64,000 nt of DNA. It comes from an uncultured Pseudomonadales bacterium (GTDB lineage Bacteria > Patescibacteriota > Microgenomatia > UBA1400 > UBA1396). A program made the translations under genes and the position numbers. The notes below the pieces were generated by a model that was given only the letters and a program-made list of their open reading frames with translations, made no database searches and had not been told where the DNA came from. Position 1 is the first letter of the stretch, and the number at the start of each line of letters is the position of its first letter. Location of the stretch: positions 21,176 through 85,175 of the forward strand of contig CAYUUK010000002.1 of the NCBI GenBank assembly GCA_964447905.1, in the 5' to 3' direction. Positions 9,120 through 19,116 of the stretch are shown here, piece after piece.

Positions 9120-11117
9120 ATGAACATACTCGTACCCCACACCTGGCTCCAAGATCACCTGAATACACAGGCAGATCCGGAGACCATCCAAACCCAACTC
9201 TCCCTCTGCGGACCAGCCGTTGAGCGCATCTACGACCGCGAAGGCGACTCCGTCTACGATATCGAGGTCACCACCAACCGCGTCGACAGCATGTCGGTGC
9301 GCGGTATTGCGCGCGAAGCAGCGGTCATACTCGATAACGCCGGCTTTCCGTCTGACTTGAAAACCCTCACCCTCACCGACGCCATCCCCGCTGCCGACAC
9401 GGAAATCCTTCCGCTGCCCACCATTGACAACAGCAGCCAACTCTGCCACCGCATTACGGCAGTGATTTTGAGCACTGTCGGGCACCCCGCCACGCCCGAG
9501 TGGATGAGTACCCGCCTGCAACAGGTCGAGCTCAACGTCAAAGATGTCGTTATCGACATCACCAACTACTTGAGCCATGACCTTGGCCACCCATGCCACG
9601 CCTTTGACTACGACAAAATCATGGCCCTTGGCGGCGAAATCCACGTGCGGGAAGCAGAAGCAGGCATGCCGTTCGCCACGCTCGACGGCGCAAGCTACGA
9701 AACCGTGGGCGGAGAAGTGGTCTTCACCAACGCCGAAGGAACCATCATCGATATTCCAGGAATTATGGGTACTGCCAACACCGCGGTTGACGACAGCACC
9801 CAAAACGTCCTGTTCTGGATCGAGTCCATCCCACACGAAAAGATTCGTTTCACCTCCATGTCGCACGCCTTACGCACTCCCGCAGCGCAACTCAATGAAC
9901 GCGCTTTAGACCACAATTTGGCCCGCGAGGTCATGTTGAGAGGTATAGAGTTATTCACTGAGCTTACCGGCGCCACACAAGCCTCAGCAGTGTATGAAGA
10001 GATCATTGTGCCTTCCAAGAGTAAGACCATCTCCTTCGCACCCAGTGAAGTAGAGCGGTACTTGGGCATTGAACTCAGCACGTCTGAAATTATCAGCATA
10101 CTCACACAGCTCGGATGCCAAGTAACTGAGTCTAGTGACCAGGAACTCTTGATTACTATCCCCAGTTTTCGTACCGATCTGAGTATGTCTGCCGACATCG
10201 TTGAGGAAGTAGCGCGCATCTATGGCTATCATAATTTGCCGAGCACGCTCATGGATACTCGTATTCCAACCAGCAAGCCAGCTGGTGAAAATTTTACTCT
10301 CGAAACCAAGCTCAAAAATGTACTGGCCGCTTTGGGATACCAAGAACTCTACACGTACTCTATGGTAGGAACAGATCTCTTGAACCGCTGGAATCTCGAT
10401 CCCGCGACTCATCTGCACATTCGTAATCCCCTCACCAGCGATATGGAGTATATGCGGCAGTATGTACTGCCGTCACACGCGGAAGAAACCACTCATTTCT
10501 TAGAACAGAGTACCGCGCGTGGCACATTTGAGCTGGCTAACATCTATTTTCCAGAAGAAGGTGCCTTACCAGACGAGCATCTCGTCTTAACGGTACTCGA
10601 CACTGATTTTCGCCACCTGCGCGCCACGCTGGATTTTCTGGCAAATGAGCTATACATCAACGATTTTGCTGTAGAAAGCGCAGAAGATAATGCGAAAAAA
10701 GACCGAAATATAGACTCTATTTTCACTTCTCATGCTATTATCACTCATGAAGATCGAGTGCTAGGAAGTATTGGGTACTTGTCTGATGGAAAAGTCGGGT
10801 TTGAACTGCACTGGCGATCACTTTTGGAAGTCAGTCAGCGCTGGCCAGAGTATCACCCAGTACCGAAAACAGCTCCATACTACGAAGACTGGACCCTGGT
10901 CGTACCTGAGGGTACTCCGGTAGGAGATATTATCTCTGCACTCAAATCCTTAGATGCAGCGGTTTCATCCGTAGAACTGCGCGATCAATTTGCGAACAAC
11001 TGGACCTTCCGTTTGACCTTCTGGGATGCTACTGAGCAGTTCTCCAGTGAACGCGCGCAAGAGCTGAAAGAGAGTGCTGTGCAAACGCTTCAGTCTCGCG
11101 GCGTTACACTGCAATAG
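9120..11117 (+). CDS. pheT: Phenylalanyl-tRNA synthetase beta subunit (short form lacking the B2 OB domain)
   Basis: DIEVTTNRVD, DITNY, PSFRTDL and DIVEEVARIYGY motifs; follows pheS. Confidence 0.95.
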   Translation: MNILVPHTWLQDHLNTQADPETIQTQLSLCGPAVERIYDREGDSVYDIEVTTNRVDSMSVRGIAREAAVILDNAGFPSDLKTLTLTDAIPAADTEILPLPTIDNSSQLCHRITAVILSTVGHPATPEWMSTRLQQVELNVKDVVIDITNYLSHDLGHPCHAFDYDKIMALGGEIHVREAEAGMPFATLDGASYETVGGEVVFTNAEGTIIDIPGIMGTANTAVDDSTQNVLFWIESIPHEKIRFTSMSHALRTPAAQLNERALDHNLAREVMLRGIELFTELTGATQASAVYEEIIVPSKSKTISFAPSEVERYLGIELSTSEIISILTQLGCQVTESSDQELLITIPSFRTDLSMSADIVEEVARIYGYHNLPSTLMDTRIPTSKPAGENFTLETKLKNVLAALGYQELYTYSMVGTDLLNRWNLDPATHLHIRNPLTSDMEYMRQYVLPSHAEETTHFLEQSTARGTFELANIYFPEEGALPDEHLVLTVLDTDFRHLRATLDFLANELYINDFAVESAEDNAKKDRNIDSIFTSHAIITHEDRVLGSIGYLSDGKVGFELHWRSLLEVSQRWPEYHPVPKTAPYYEDWTLVVPEGTPVGDIISALKSLDAAVSSVELRDQFANNWTFRLTFWDATEQFSSERAQELKESAVQTLQSRGVTLQ

Positions 11118-11181
11118 AAGTCACGAGAAAATTTACAATCTTCAACCAAAATGCTTCGCGTAGGAAACATTTGTGATGGCA

Positions 11182-13962
11182 TTACTCGTCGTCAAGATCG
11201 ACGGGTGGAGTAGGGGTAGGTGTAGGGCTTGGCTTGGGAGTTGCCGTTGGGGTTGGAGTGGGTGTAGGGGTAGGTTCCTTCCAGTCTTGACCACCAGTAC
11301 CGATGCGTACTTCACCGGTTTTTCCTTCTTTGCCATCTGAACGCACTGCTTTGGCGTAGAGGGTGTAGCGACCGGGAGGGAGATTGAGCTCTGTGCGGTA
11401 TGGTTTCTCGCGTAAGGTTTCTCGGACAGAACCGTTCACAAAAATTTCCACGCGATCGATGCGCTCTTCTGAAACGGTGTTGACTACGACTTCAATATTT
11501 TCGGAGTCATAGGTACGTTCATTCTCTGGTCTCTCCAAGCGAACAATGACTTCATCTACCGAGTCACAAAAATCGGTCGGTGCCTGGAACGGTCCACGGT
11601 CTTGGTTTTGCGCAATCCAAGCATCAATACCTTCTTGCCAGCGATTCCGACCATCCTGACTGATGGGGTCGTCTTCATAGAGAGAAATGTACACGCGCTC
11701 ATCGTACTCACCACGCTGCACATCTACCGCGGTGGCCAGGCGTTCTTGGCCTCGGCACAAACGTACCTTTTGGTGGATTGGGTCAGGTTCGGTCGGTAAT
11801 GTTCCTCGGATAACCCATTCTTCACGAGATGCCAGCTCGTCATGAGCCGGGTATCCGGAGATTGCGTCAACAGAAACTCTCTCCACATTGTCTGGAACTA
11901 TCCAGTCATCTGTGGTGCGTCCACTGGCAATAGCCGCCAACATGACTCGCTGCCAAATTGGTGAGGCACCAGTCACACCAGAAGCAACTTGTTTCATGCT
12001 GGTGTTATCATTATTTCCTACCCAGACACCAACAATAGTTGAACGGCTCCATCCAATTGTCCAGTTATCCTTCTGATCATTGGTAGTACCCGTTTTCACG
12101 GCGATAGGTCGATTATTGATATTCAATTGGGAGTTCGTCCCAAATGCTCCGGAGCGAGCTTGATTGTCGGACAGAATAGAGTTCAAGAGGAAAGCAACTT
12201 CTGGCTCCACAACCTCCCGGCCAGGAACATCTCGATGCTGGAAGAGAGTAGTATTGTTTTGGTCAGTCACTTCCAAAATCGAAACTGGCTCAACACGATT
12301 TCCGCCGTTCGCAAACGAACTGTATGCTGTCACGCTGTCAATCAGGTGCACTTCCGCACCACCGAGAGTGACCGCTAAACCAAAGTTACGCATATTCTCA
12401 CGAGTTGGTTCCAGAGTAACAAAGCCCATATCAAATGCTTGTTGCAGCATGTTTTCTACTCCTACATTCGCCAGGAGTTTCACCGCTACCACGTTATTGG
12501 ATTCTGCCAAGGCATATCTGAGCTGCATAGGGCCGCGGAACTTTCCGTCATAGTTGCGTGGCTGATATGGGTCAACTGTCTCGTTGGGGGCGAAATTCGT
12601 AAAGGAGTCGACCAGCATGGTGGCCGGAGTCATTCCTTGTGAGAGCGCCGTCGCGTACGTGACCGGCTTAATCGAAGAACCTGGTTGGCGAAGACCATCA
12701 ACGGCCACATTAAACTGACCAGGAATATCATCAGCAAAGTAGTCTTTACTCCCGACCATAGCCAGAACTTCACCGTTACGAGGATCCATAACAACTACGG
12801 AACCATTGGTGATATTTAAATCCACCACCTTTTCGATCTCTTCCTGCACAATTTCTTGTGTTTCTTCTTGGAATGGCAAATCAAGTGAGGTGCGAACACT
12901 CAACCCACCGCGCTGCACTACCTCTGAACCGTACATCTCCTCGAGCTGCTCCAACACATAAAACACGAAGTGCGGCGCTTTAATAGAGGAAGTTTGGCGA
13001 GCAAACTCAATGGAATCTAGCTGCTCCACAGCACTCTGCTCGAGCTCAGCAGTAATATAGCCGTCCTCTCGCATACGACGAAGAACTCCGATTGCACGTA
13101 TCTTCCAGAGTAACTCACCGTTCTCATCCGTTCTTCCGAGAACGGGTGAGTACGCTGTTGGCCGCTGCGGCAAACCAGCCAAGATGGCCGACTCGACTAA
13201 ATTCAGATCCTGCACTTCTTTATCAAAGTACATATCAGCAGCCGCGCCGACACCGACCGAGTTTCCACCGTATGGAGCCTCATTGAGGTACATCTGCAAG
13301 ATTTCTTCTTTGCTGAACTGGCGCTCAATTTCGAGAGCGAGAATGAATTCTTTCAGTTTACGAGTTACTGTGCGTTCGTTAGTGAGTAAAACATTTTTAA
13401 CTAACTGCTGGGTGAGAGTAGAACCACCCACCACTCTACCACCGCGAAACGTGTAGTTGTATACGATACGGAATGGTGTGAGGGGATCAAAACCACTGTG
13501 TCGATAGAAGTCCTTGTCCTCTACGGCTACCGTGGCTTGCTGCAAATACTCAGGAACTTGGTCAATAGTAATCGGAACTCGTCGTTCATCTTCGTAGACA
13601 TCATAGAGAACGTCACCATACCGATCTAAAATCTTCGTGGAGAATCCATCTTGTCGGCGCACACCACTGGGGTCAGGCAGGTCATTTGCCACCCAGGCAA
13701 CTAATCCAATAGAAAGAACAATCGCAAAAAGGGTACCAGCCACCACAACTACAGCGCCGATGCGAAGGGCCTGAGCTCGCCAGAAAGTGGCTTGCGAACC
13801 ACTCAGAGCAGAAAAACGAGAAGATCGTTTTGAACTGGTTCGAGAAGCCGCAGCAGACTGACGCTGACCAAATGGGGTAAATGGTTGTGAAGATGAAAGA
13901 GCGAGCTTTCTACGAATATTTCGTTTCCAGCGACGCCACTTTCGTTGCAAACCAGACAACAT
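11182..13962 (-). CDS. Class A penicillin-binding protein (transglycosylase/transpeptidase) with C-terminal Ig-like domain and PT repeats
   Basis: EDKDFYRHSG, GGSTLTQQLVKN, RKLKE, catalytic GSSIKP (SxxK), SNN and KTG motifs; ATG 13962 lies 8 nt after TATACT. Confidence 0.95.
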   Translation of the reverse strand: MLSGLQRKWRRWKRNIRRKLALSSSQPFTPFGQRQSAAASRTSSKRSSRFSALSGSQATFWRAQALRIGAVVVVAGTLFAIVLSIGLVAWVANDLPDPSGVRRQDGFSTKILDRYGDVLYDVYEDERRVPITIDQVPEYLQQATVAVEDKDFYRHSGFDPLTPFRIVYNYTFRGGRVVGGSTLTQQLVKNVLLTNERTVTRKLKEFILALEIERQFSKEEILQMYLNEAPYGGNSVGVGAAADMYFDKEVQDLNLVESAILAGLPQRPTAYSPVLGRTDENGELLWKIRAIGVLRRMREDGYITAELEQSAVEQLDSIEFARQTSSIKAPHFVFYVLEQLEEMYGSEVVQRGGLSVRTSLDLPFQEETQEIVQEEIEKVVDLNITNGSVVVMDPRNGEVLAMVGSKDYFADDIPGQFNVAVDGLRQPGSSIKPVTYATALSQGMTPATMLVDSFTNFAPNETVDPYQPRNYDGKFRGPMQLRYALAESNNVVAVKLLANVGVENMLQQAFDMGFVTLEPTRENMRNFGLAVTLGGAEVHLIDSVTAYSSFANGGNRVEPVSILEVTDQNNTTLFQHRDVPGREVVEPEVAFLLNSILSDNQARSGAFGTNSQLNINNRPIAVKTGTTNDQKDNWTIGWSRSTIVGVWVGNNDNTSMKQVASGVTGASPIWQRVMLAAIASGRTTDDWIVPDNVERVSVDAISGYPAHDELASREEWVIRGTLPTEPDPIHQKVRLCRGQERLATAVDVQRGEYDERVYISLYEDDPISQDGRNRWQEGIDAWIAQNQDRGPFQAPTDFCDSVDEVIVRLERPENERTYDSENIEVVVNTVSEERIDRVEIFVNGSVRETLREKPYRTELNLPPGRYTLYAKAVRSDGKEGKTGEVRIGTGGQDWKEPTPTPTPTPTATPKPSPTPTPTPPVDLDDE

Positions 13963-14045
13963 ACTCTGTGAGTATACCGTATTACGGTACAATGCGACAG
14001 AGAAACACACTTTGCGTAACCACCAAAGGTTCTTACAATACCTCT

Positions 14046-15995
14046 ATGACTGTTCATGACTCCGTCACACTCCTGGCTGGAATCGGCCCCAAAAAAGCCG
14101 CTGAGTTGGCGGAAATGGAGATACACACACTTGAAGATCTGCTGCACCACATTCCTTTTCGATACGAAGATGCCAGTGCTGTTATTCCTATCGCGAAGCT
14201 AGAGGTTGGAGAGCTCGTCACTGTCGAAGCACAGATTACACAACTCAAAAGCTTCACCACACGTAAACGAATCCCCATGACACAAGCTACCATTGCTGAT
14301 GCCGAAGGGGATGAACTCAGCATCACCTTCTTTCACCAACCATATGTTGCCAAACAACTCAAACAAGATGAGTGGTACGCCTTCACTGGCAAAGTTGGTG
14401 AGTATAGAGGCAAGAAAAGTTTGACGAATCCAAACTACGAACCACTCGACCGAGAAAACAAAGTACATACAGGTCGGGTACTCCCGCAATACTCACAGCA
14501 CAAATCTATTTCTTCAGTCTGGCTGCGACGAGTGGTACCCAAACTCGTGGAACAAACTGCACTTCTTCCAGAAGAGTATTTACCCGCATCGCTGCGCACT
14601 CAGGCCGAACTACCGGAGAGAACTTCCGCTTGGCAGCAAGTACATGTGCCGGAGAGTCTCGCCGCCGCGCATGCTGCGCGGCGGCGAATAGCCTTCGATG
14701 AACTCTGGGACATCTTTACCGCTATTGAAGCGGAACGTGAGCACAGAGAATCTCTTCCAGTTCGTAATCCACTCTCTAAAGCCCATGCTGAAGAATTTAC
14801 GGCACAATTTGTTACCGCCAGCCCGTTTCCACTCACGCCATCGCAAAACAACACGATTGCACACCTAAAACACGCATTTCTGCAGAACCATCCTGTGCAG
14901 CAATTTATTCAGGGGGAAGTGGGAAGTGGAAAAACGCTGGTAGCTGCCTACGCACTCTTCTTGCAAGCATCACTGGGAAATCAATGTGTCTACTTAGTGC
15001 CAACTACCGTACTTGCTGAGCAACACTACCAGAACCTAGAACCAATCGCTTCAGCGCTTGGTATCTCACTGGGAAGATGGACAGGTACGCAAAAAGAATC
15101 AGAGCCTGTCTCTGTCTTGGTAGGCACCCATGCTTTACTTCATAACACGGCCATCTCTCCGGACTTGATTGTGGTCGATGAGGAACACCGCTTCGGAGTT
15201 GACCAGCGTGAGCACCATTGGGATGAAGGCTTGCACCCTCACCGTATTACCATGACCGCTACGCCGATTCCTCGAACGCTCGCTCACGTTGTCTACGGAA
15301 ATCACTCGGTATCTTTTCTCGACCCAATTCCAGGTAAAAAACGCGCAATTACCACCAGAGTTTTTGCTCCAAGTAAGCTCGATGCCCACTTCACCTGGCT
15401 AGAACAACAGATTACAGAAACGGGTACGCAAGCATTTCTGATTGCACCACTGATCGAACCCTCCGAAACAGATACCTTTGCCGACGTCTATGACGCAACA
15501 ACACTCTGTAAACGAGTAAAAAAAGCACTCCCAAACATGCGAGTCGCACTGGTCACCGGCAGGACGCCGTCTGCTGAAAAGCAATCAATCTTATCTGACA
15601 TGCAGAGTAAAAAAATTGACATTCTCGTTGCTACACCAGTAATTGAAGTGGGCATCGATATCCCCAACGCCAGCATCATCTCGATTTTGAGTGCAGAGCG
15701 GTTTGGTTTTGCGCAACTGCATCAGCTGCGTGGTCGGGTAGGCAGAAGTGGGCAAGCTGGATGGGCATTCCTAGTTCCTACACCTGGAAAAACAGCTGAT
15801 CGGCTCCGCATATTAGAAACAACCGATAATGGTCAAGAACTCGCTGAGCTCGACCTACAAAACCGTGGCGTGGGTGAGTTCCTCGGCCGAAAACAAACAG
15901 GCTGGGATGGTCTGCGCGTAGCTACCTGGATGGACCTAGAGCTCATTGAACTCGTAAAATCCCTCTCTGGCCAGTTTCAGAAAATGAGTTCGTAG
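14046..15995 (+). CDS. recG: ATP-dependent DNA helicase RecG
   Basis: GEVGSGKT, DEEHRFG, TATPIPRT and QLHQLRGRVGR motifs plus wedge OB domain; ATG 14046 lies 6 nt after TACAAT. Confidence 0.96.
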   Translation: MTVHDSVTLLAGIGPKKAAELAEMEIHTLEDLLHHIPFRYEDASAVIPIAKLEVGELVTVEAQITQLKSFTTRKRIPMTQATIADAEGDELSITFFHQPYVAKQLKQDEWYAFTGKVGEYRGKKSLTNPNYEPLDRENKVHTGRVLPQYSQHKSISSVWLRRVVPKLVEQTALLPEEYLPASLRTQAELPERTSAWQQVHVPESLAAAHAARRRIAFDELWDIFTAIEAEREHRESLPVRNPLSKAHAEEFTAQFVTASPFPLTPSQNNTIAHLKHAFLQNHPVQQFIQGEVGSGKTLVAAYALFLQASLGNQCVYLVPTTVLAEQHYQNLEPIASALGISLGRWTGTQKESEPVSVLVGTHALLHNTAISPDLIVVDEEHRFGVDQREHHWDEGLHPHRITMTATPIPRTLAHVVYGNHSVSFLDPIPGKKRAITTRVFAPSKLDAHFTWLEQQITETGTQAFLIAPLIEPSETDTFADVYDATTLCKRVKKALPNMRVALVTGRTPSAEKQSILSDMQSKKIDILVATPVIEVGIDIPNASIISILSAERFGFAQLHQLRGRVGRSGQAGWAFLVPTPGKTADRLRILETTDNGQELAELDLQNRGVGEFLGRKQTGWDGLRVATWMDLELIELVKSLSGQFQKMSS

Positions 15996-16103
15996 CAAAA
16001 TCGAGAAGCTCCAGAGGAAAAGAGTTTTGCTTTTCGCCTGAGCGTGCTACAATACGGGTTCCTATAAATAGGGTATACTATCGACAATACAAAAGGACAC
16101 ACT

Positions 16104-16259
16104 ATGGGTGCTTTACCAAAACGCAGAATATCAACCGCTCGCAAAGGTCGCCGTCGTCAAGACAAGACAGTTGCTTTACAAGGTCGTGGCGTGGCTGTAA
16201 CCAGCCGTCAGCGTCGTGAAAAGAAAAAAGAACTCACTGCTGGCTCTGATACCAAGTAA
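16104..16259 (+). CDS. rpmF: 50S ribosomal protein L32, short and Cys-free (absent from the ORF track)
   Basis: MGALPKRRISTARKGRRR N-terminus; AAGGA SD; location upstream of nusB-acp-rnc. Confidence 0.85.
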   Translation: MGALPKRRISTARKGRRRQDKTVALQGRGVAVTSRQRREKKKELTAGSDTK

Positions 16260-16279
16260 TCGAGTACACTCTTCCTGGT

Positions 16280-16684
16280 ATGCCATCTGCCCAAGATTCT
16301 CGTCATCAAAAACGTATTGAGCGCGTTGAGCAGTTATTTGCTTGGCAGTTTTACAACGAATATACATTTGAAGATTCTTCCTCAGATTTTACTGAGCAGT
16401 TCTCACTGATTACATTCATTCTAGAAGATATTGTTACTATCGATCGCATGATCCTGCAGTATGCACCAAAGCATGAAATCGAGACATTTAATAAAATTGA
16501 TCTTGCAATTCTGCGGCAAGCCTTGTATGAATTATTACATACCGATACTCCGCCTGCTGTCGTGATTGACGAGGCCGTCGAAATCTCCAAAGAGTACGGA
16601 AGTGAAGACACTGCCCGTTTTGTTCATGGAGTTCTCGGTAACGTCGTTGATGACCGCAGAAAGGACACTGATGAATCAGTCTAG
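16280..16684 (+). CDS. nusB: Transcription antitermination factor NusB
   Basis: IDLAILR, PPAVVIDEAVEISKEYG and FVHGVL motifs. Confidence 0.95.
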   Translation: MPSAQDSRHQKRIERVEQLFAWQFYNEYTFEDSSSDFTEQFSLITFILEDIVTIDRMILQYAPKHEIETFNKIDLAILRQALYELLHTDTPPAVVIDEAVEISKEYGSEDTARFVHGVLGNVVDDRRKDTDESV

Positions 16685-16940
16685 CATCTATGATGAAGTA
16701 ACCCAGTTATTGGGTGAGATTTATGGTGTCGATCCAGATGAACTCACACCCCAAAGTGATCTACAAGAAGATATTGATCTGAAAAGTGACGTTGAGTCAT
16801 TGGCAAAATTTGTACACACCCTCAACACCACTTTTGATATTGAACTCACTACCCCATATATCTCCCGAGAAATCATGGCTAGGCACATTAGCAGTGTTCA
16901 AGATATTGTGAGTGCAGTTGAAGATGCGCTTTTAGAATAA
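16671..16940 (+). CDS. Acyl-carrier-protein-like acidic protein with degenerate DSL motif
   Basis: ACP pattern (GVDPDELTP..L.ED..FDIE..I.SVQDIV); SD GAAAGGA; sits immediately before rnc. Confidence 0.75.
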   Translation: MNQSSIYDEVTQLLGEIYGVDPDELTPQSDLQEDIDLKSDVESLAKFVHTLNTTFDIELTTPYISREIMARHISSVQDIVSAVEDALLE

Positions 16941-16952
16941 TATCCTTATCTC

Positions 16953-17678
16953 ATGGCTTATCCACTCCCTCCACAGCTCCAAGATCTTTCGGAAGAACTC
17001 CGTGATAAAGCATTTACGCATCGCTCATTGCGAGCTCAGTCTGTGCCTCGTCACTTAACCAATGAGCGCCTGGAGTTTTTAGGAGACGCTGTTCTTGAAC
17101 TCGTCGTTTCCGAGTTCTTAATTGCTCGTTTTCCAAAACTGGACGAGGGCACACTTACTCGTTACCGAGCCTCACTCGTACGCACAGAATCACTCGCTTT
17201 TGTTGCTCGCGAGCTGCACCTGGGAGACCACCTGCACCTCGGCACCTCCGAACCAATGCCAGAAGAAGACCTCTCAGACTCAATCCTGGCAGACACCTGC
17301 GAGGCAGTTATTGGTGCGCTGTATCAAGATAGCGGCTACCAAGCAGCCAAAGAGTTCATCCACACGCATATTCTGTCTCACTTTTCAGAATTTATTACCA
17401 CGTCTGACGCCAAAGATGCCAAAACGCTCTTGCAAGAAAAAGTACAGGCCATGGGTGAGGATGCACCGGAGTACGAAATTATTGATGAAGTCGGCCCAGA
17501 TCACGATAAAATCTTTACCGCGGCCGTTTCTATCCCTGGTAAAGATACGTATACTGGCAGTGGCGCAAGTAAACAAAAGGCAGAACAGGCTGCAGCCGCA
17601 GAAGCTTTACGAGGAGTCTTTCAAAAAAAACAAACAGAAAGTGAAGATACTGTTGAGGAAAGCCAGGTTGTTTCGTGA
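16953..17678 (+). CDS. rnc: Ribonuclease III
   Basis: NERLEFLGDAVL signature; C-terminal dsRBD (KTLLQE..GPDH..SKQKAEQAAA). Confidence 0.97.
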   Translation: MAYPLPPQLQDLSEELRDKAFTHRSLRAQSVPRHLTNERLEFLGDAVLELVVSEFLIARFPKLDEGTLTRYRASLVRTESLAFVARELHLGDHLHLGTSEPMPEEDLSDSILADTCEAVIGALYQDSGYQAAKEFIHTHILSHFSEFITTSDAKDAKTLLQEKVQAMGEDAPEYEIIDEVGPDHDKIFTAAVSIPGKDTYTGSGASKQKAEQAAAAEALRGVFQKKQTESEDTVEESQVVS

Positions 17679-17736
17679 AAACAACACTCGGATTCCTATC
17701 TGGAATAATCACCGGTGTCTGATATAATACTTGTCT

Positions 17737-17985
17737 ATGTTACGGATCAAGCTAACCCGAATTGGTAAAAAGCATCAACCACAATATCGCGTTGTGGTTA
17801 CCGAAAAGCGCAGCAAGCGCGACGGTAAGTATGTCGAACAAGTTGGATTCTACAATCCACTCGGTGATAAAGAAATTCGCTTTGAAGTAGAGCGTTTCAA
17901 TCACTGGCTGGAAAAAGGTGCCCAACCTACCGATACTGTTGCCAACCTTTTCAAACAATTCACTGCAAACAACAAGAAAAAGTAA
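17737..17985 (+). CDS. rpsP: 30S ribosomal protein S16
   Basis: RIKLTRIGKKHQPQYRVVV..RDGK..GFYNP..GAQPT. Confidence 0.98.
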   Translation: MLRIKLTRIGKKHQPQYRVVVTEKRSKRDGKYVEQVGFYNPLGDKEIRFEVERFNHWLEKGAQPTDTVANLFKQFTANNKKK

Positions 17986-17988
17986 ATC

Positions 17989-18261
17989 ATGCGTAACCTG
18001 ATTGAATTTCTCGTTCTCCATTTAGTGGAACATCCTGAAGATGTCACAGTAACTGAAGAAGAAGACAACGGTCTTCTTATGTACACCATCGACGTCCATC
18101 CAGATGATCGCGGTCAAGTTATCGGTCGTCGTGGCCGCACAGTAGATGCCATTCGTACTTTGGCACGTGTTCGCGCCATGAAAGAAGACAAAGGCGTTCG
18201 TGTTGACATCATCAGTGATGATGAAGCTGAAGACGAAGACTTTGATTCTGACGCTGAGTAA
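17989..18261 (+). CDS. khpA: KH-domain RNA-binding protein (KhpA/YlqC family)
   Basis: LVEHPEDV..DRGQVIGRRGRT GxxG loop; conserved position after rpsP. Confidence 0.92.
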   Translation: MRNLIEFLVLHLVEHPEDVTVTEEEDNGLLMYTIDVHPDDRGQVIGRRGRTVDAIRTLARVRAMKEDKGVRVDIISDDEAEDEDFDSDAE

Positions 18262-18300
18262 ACAACTTCGTACTTGTTAAAAACTCGTTTTAAATTTCGA

Positions 18301-19116
18301 TTATTCATCCAACTGAAACAGATCAGTGTTGCTAGACGGTGCTGCATTCTGCACTGCAGGAGCACTCGTCTCCAGCCAGTAGTTCATTTCAAGCAGCTCA
18401 TCACGTGCTCGGCGCTCACTGGGGCTGATTTGTTGCGCGCCGCCACGGGCGGCGCGAGCAGCGTCGATATTGGCATAATAGCTCTCAATTTGCAGTGTAG
18501 CCGTGTAGTCAACTTGGGCCGTTGTCCCAATCGCCCACCGGCGTGCTGGAGCAATACGCATATCGGTAATTTCCATAAGTGGCATACTGGTCTCAATATT
18601 ATTGATTGCGGTAGTTATTTGCTGAAATGAACCAGTCAACTCAATTTCTAGTCTCAGAGACTGCGTGCCAGCAGTAGCCGAGCGACTTCGACTCGATGCC
18701 GATTGCGCAGCCGACTCAGTGGACACGATACCAGGATTCAAATCATACTCGCCCAAAGCAACCTGAGTCTCCTGAGATATAGCTTCGAGTGTGCGCATTA
18801 CCTGCAATGGCTCTTTAAAACGAGGCAACGCCTGCTCAACAAGCATATATCCAGAACGATCATCAGGGGTAATGGTGTTGAGGAGCGTAGCACGCTGTTC
18901 CACCTGCTGTAACTCACCTTCTTGTTGCTCAATACTAATCTGTAGCTGGTTGGAGACCTGCCAAAGTTGATACGCTCCCACAAAAACAAGCAGCCCAGAA
19001 GCCACAAACAAGCCAACCGCCACAACGAGTTCGCGCCGTTGCAACCACCACTCATTGGCTTTTTTTTCAAAATCAACATTGGAGAGAGAAGCATCTGCTG
19101 CCATCTTATACCTCAT
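18301..19116 (-). CDS. pilO: Type IV pilus alignment protein, PilO-like
   Basis: N-terminal TM, coiled coil, ferredoxin-like C-terminal region (LEIELTGSFQQI..IE..PLMEI); follows pilMN. Confidence 0.7.
   Translation of the reverse strand: MRYKMAADASLSNVDFEKKANEWWLQRRELVVAVGLFVASGLLVFVGAYQLWQVSNQLQISIEQQEGELQQVEQRATLLNTITPDDRSGYMLVEQALPRFKEPLQVMRTLEAISQETQVALGEYDLNPGIVSTESAAQSASSRSRSATAGTQSLRLEIELTGSFQQITTAINNIETSMPLMEITDMRIAPARRWAIGTTAQVDYTATLQIESYYANIDAARAARGGAQQISPSERRARDELLEMNYWLETSAPAVQNAAPSSNTDLFQLDE

Noticed and set aside
13881-14045. Apparent head-to-head overlap of recG and the PBP gene in the ORF track
   Set aside because: Better starts at 14046 and 13962, each with a -10 element, remove the overlap.
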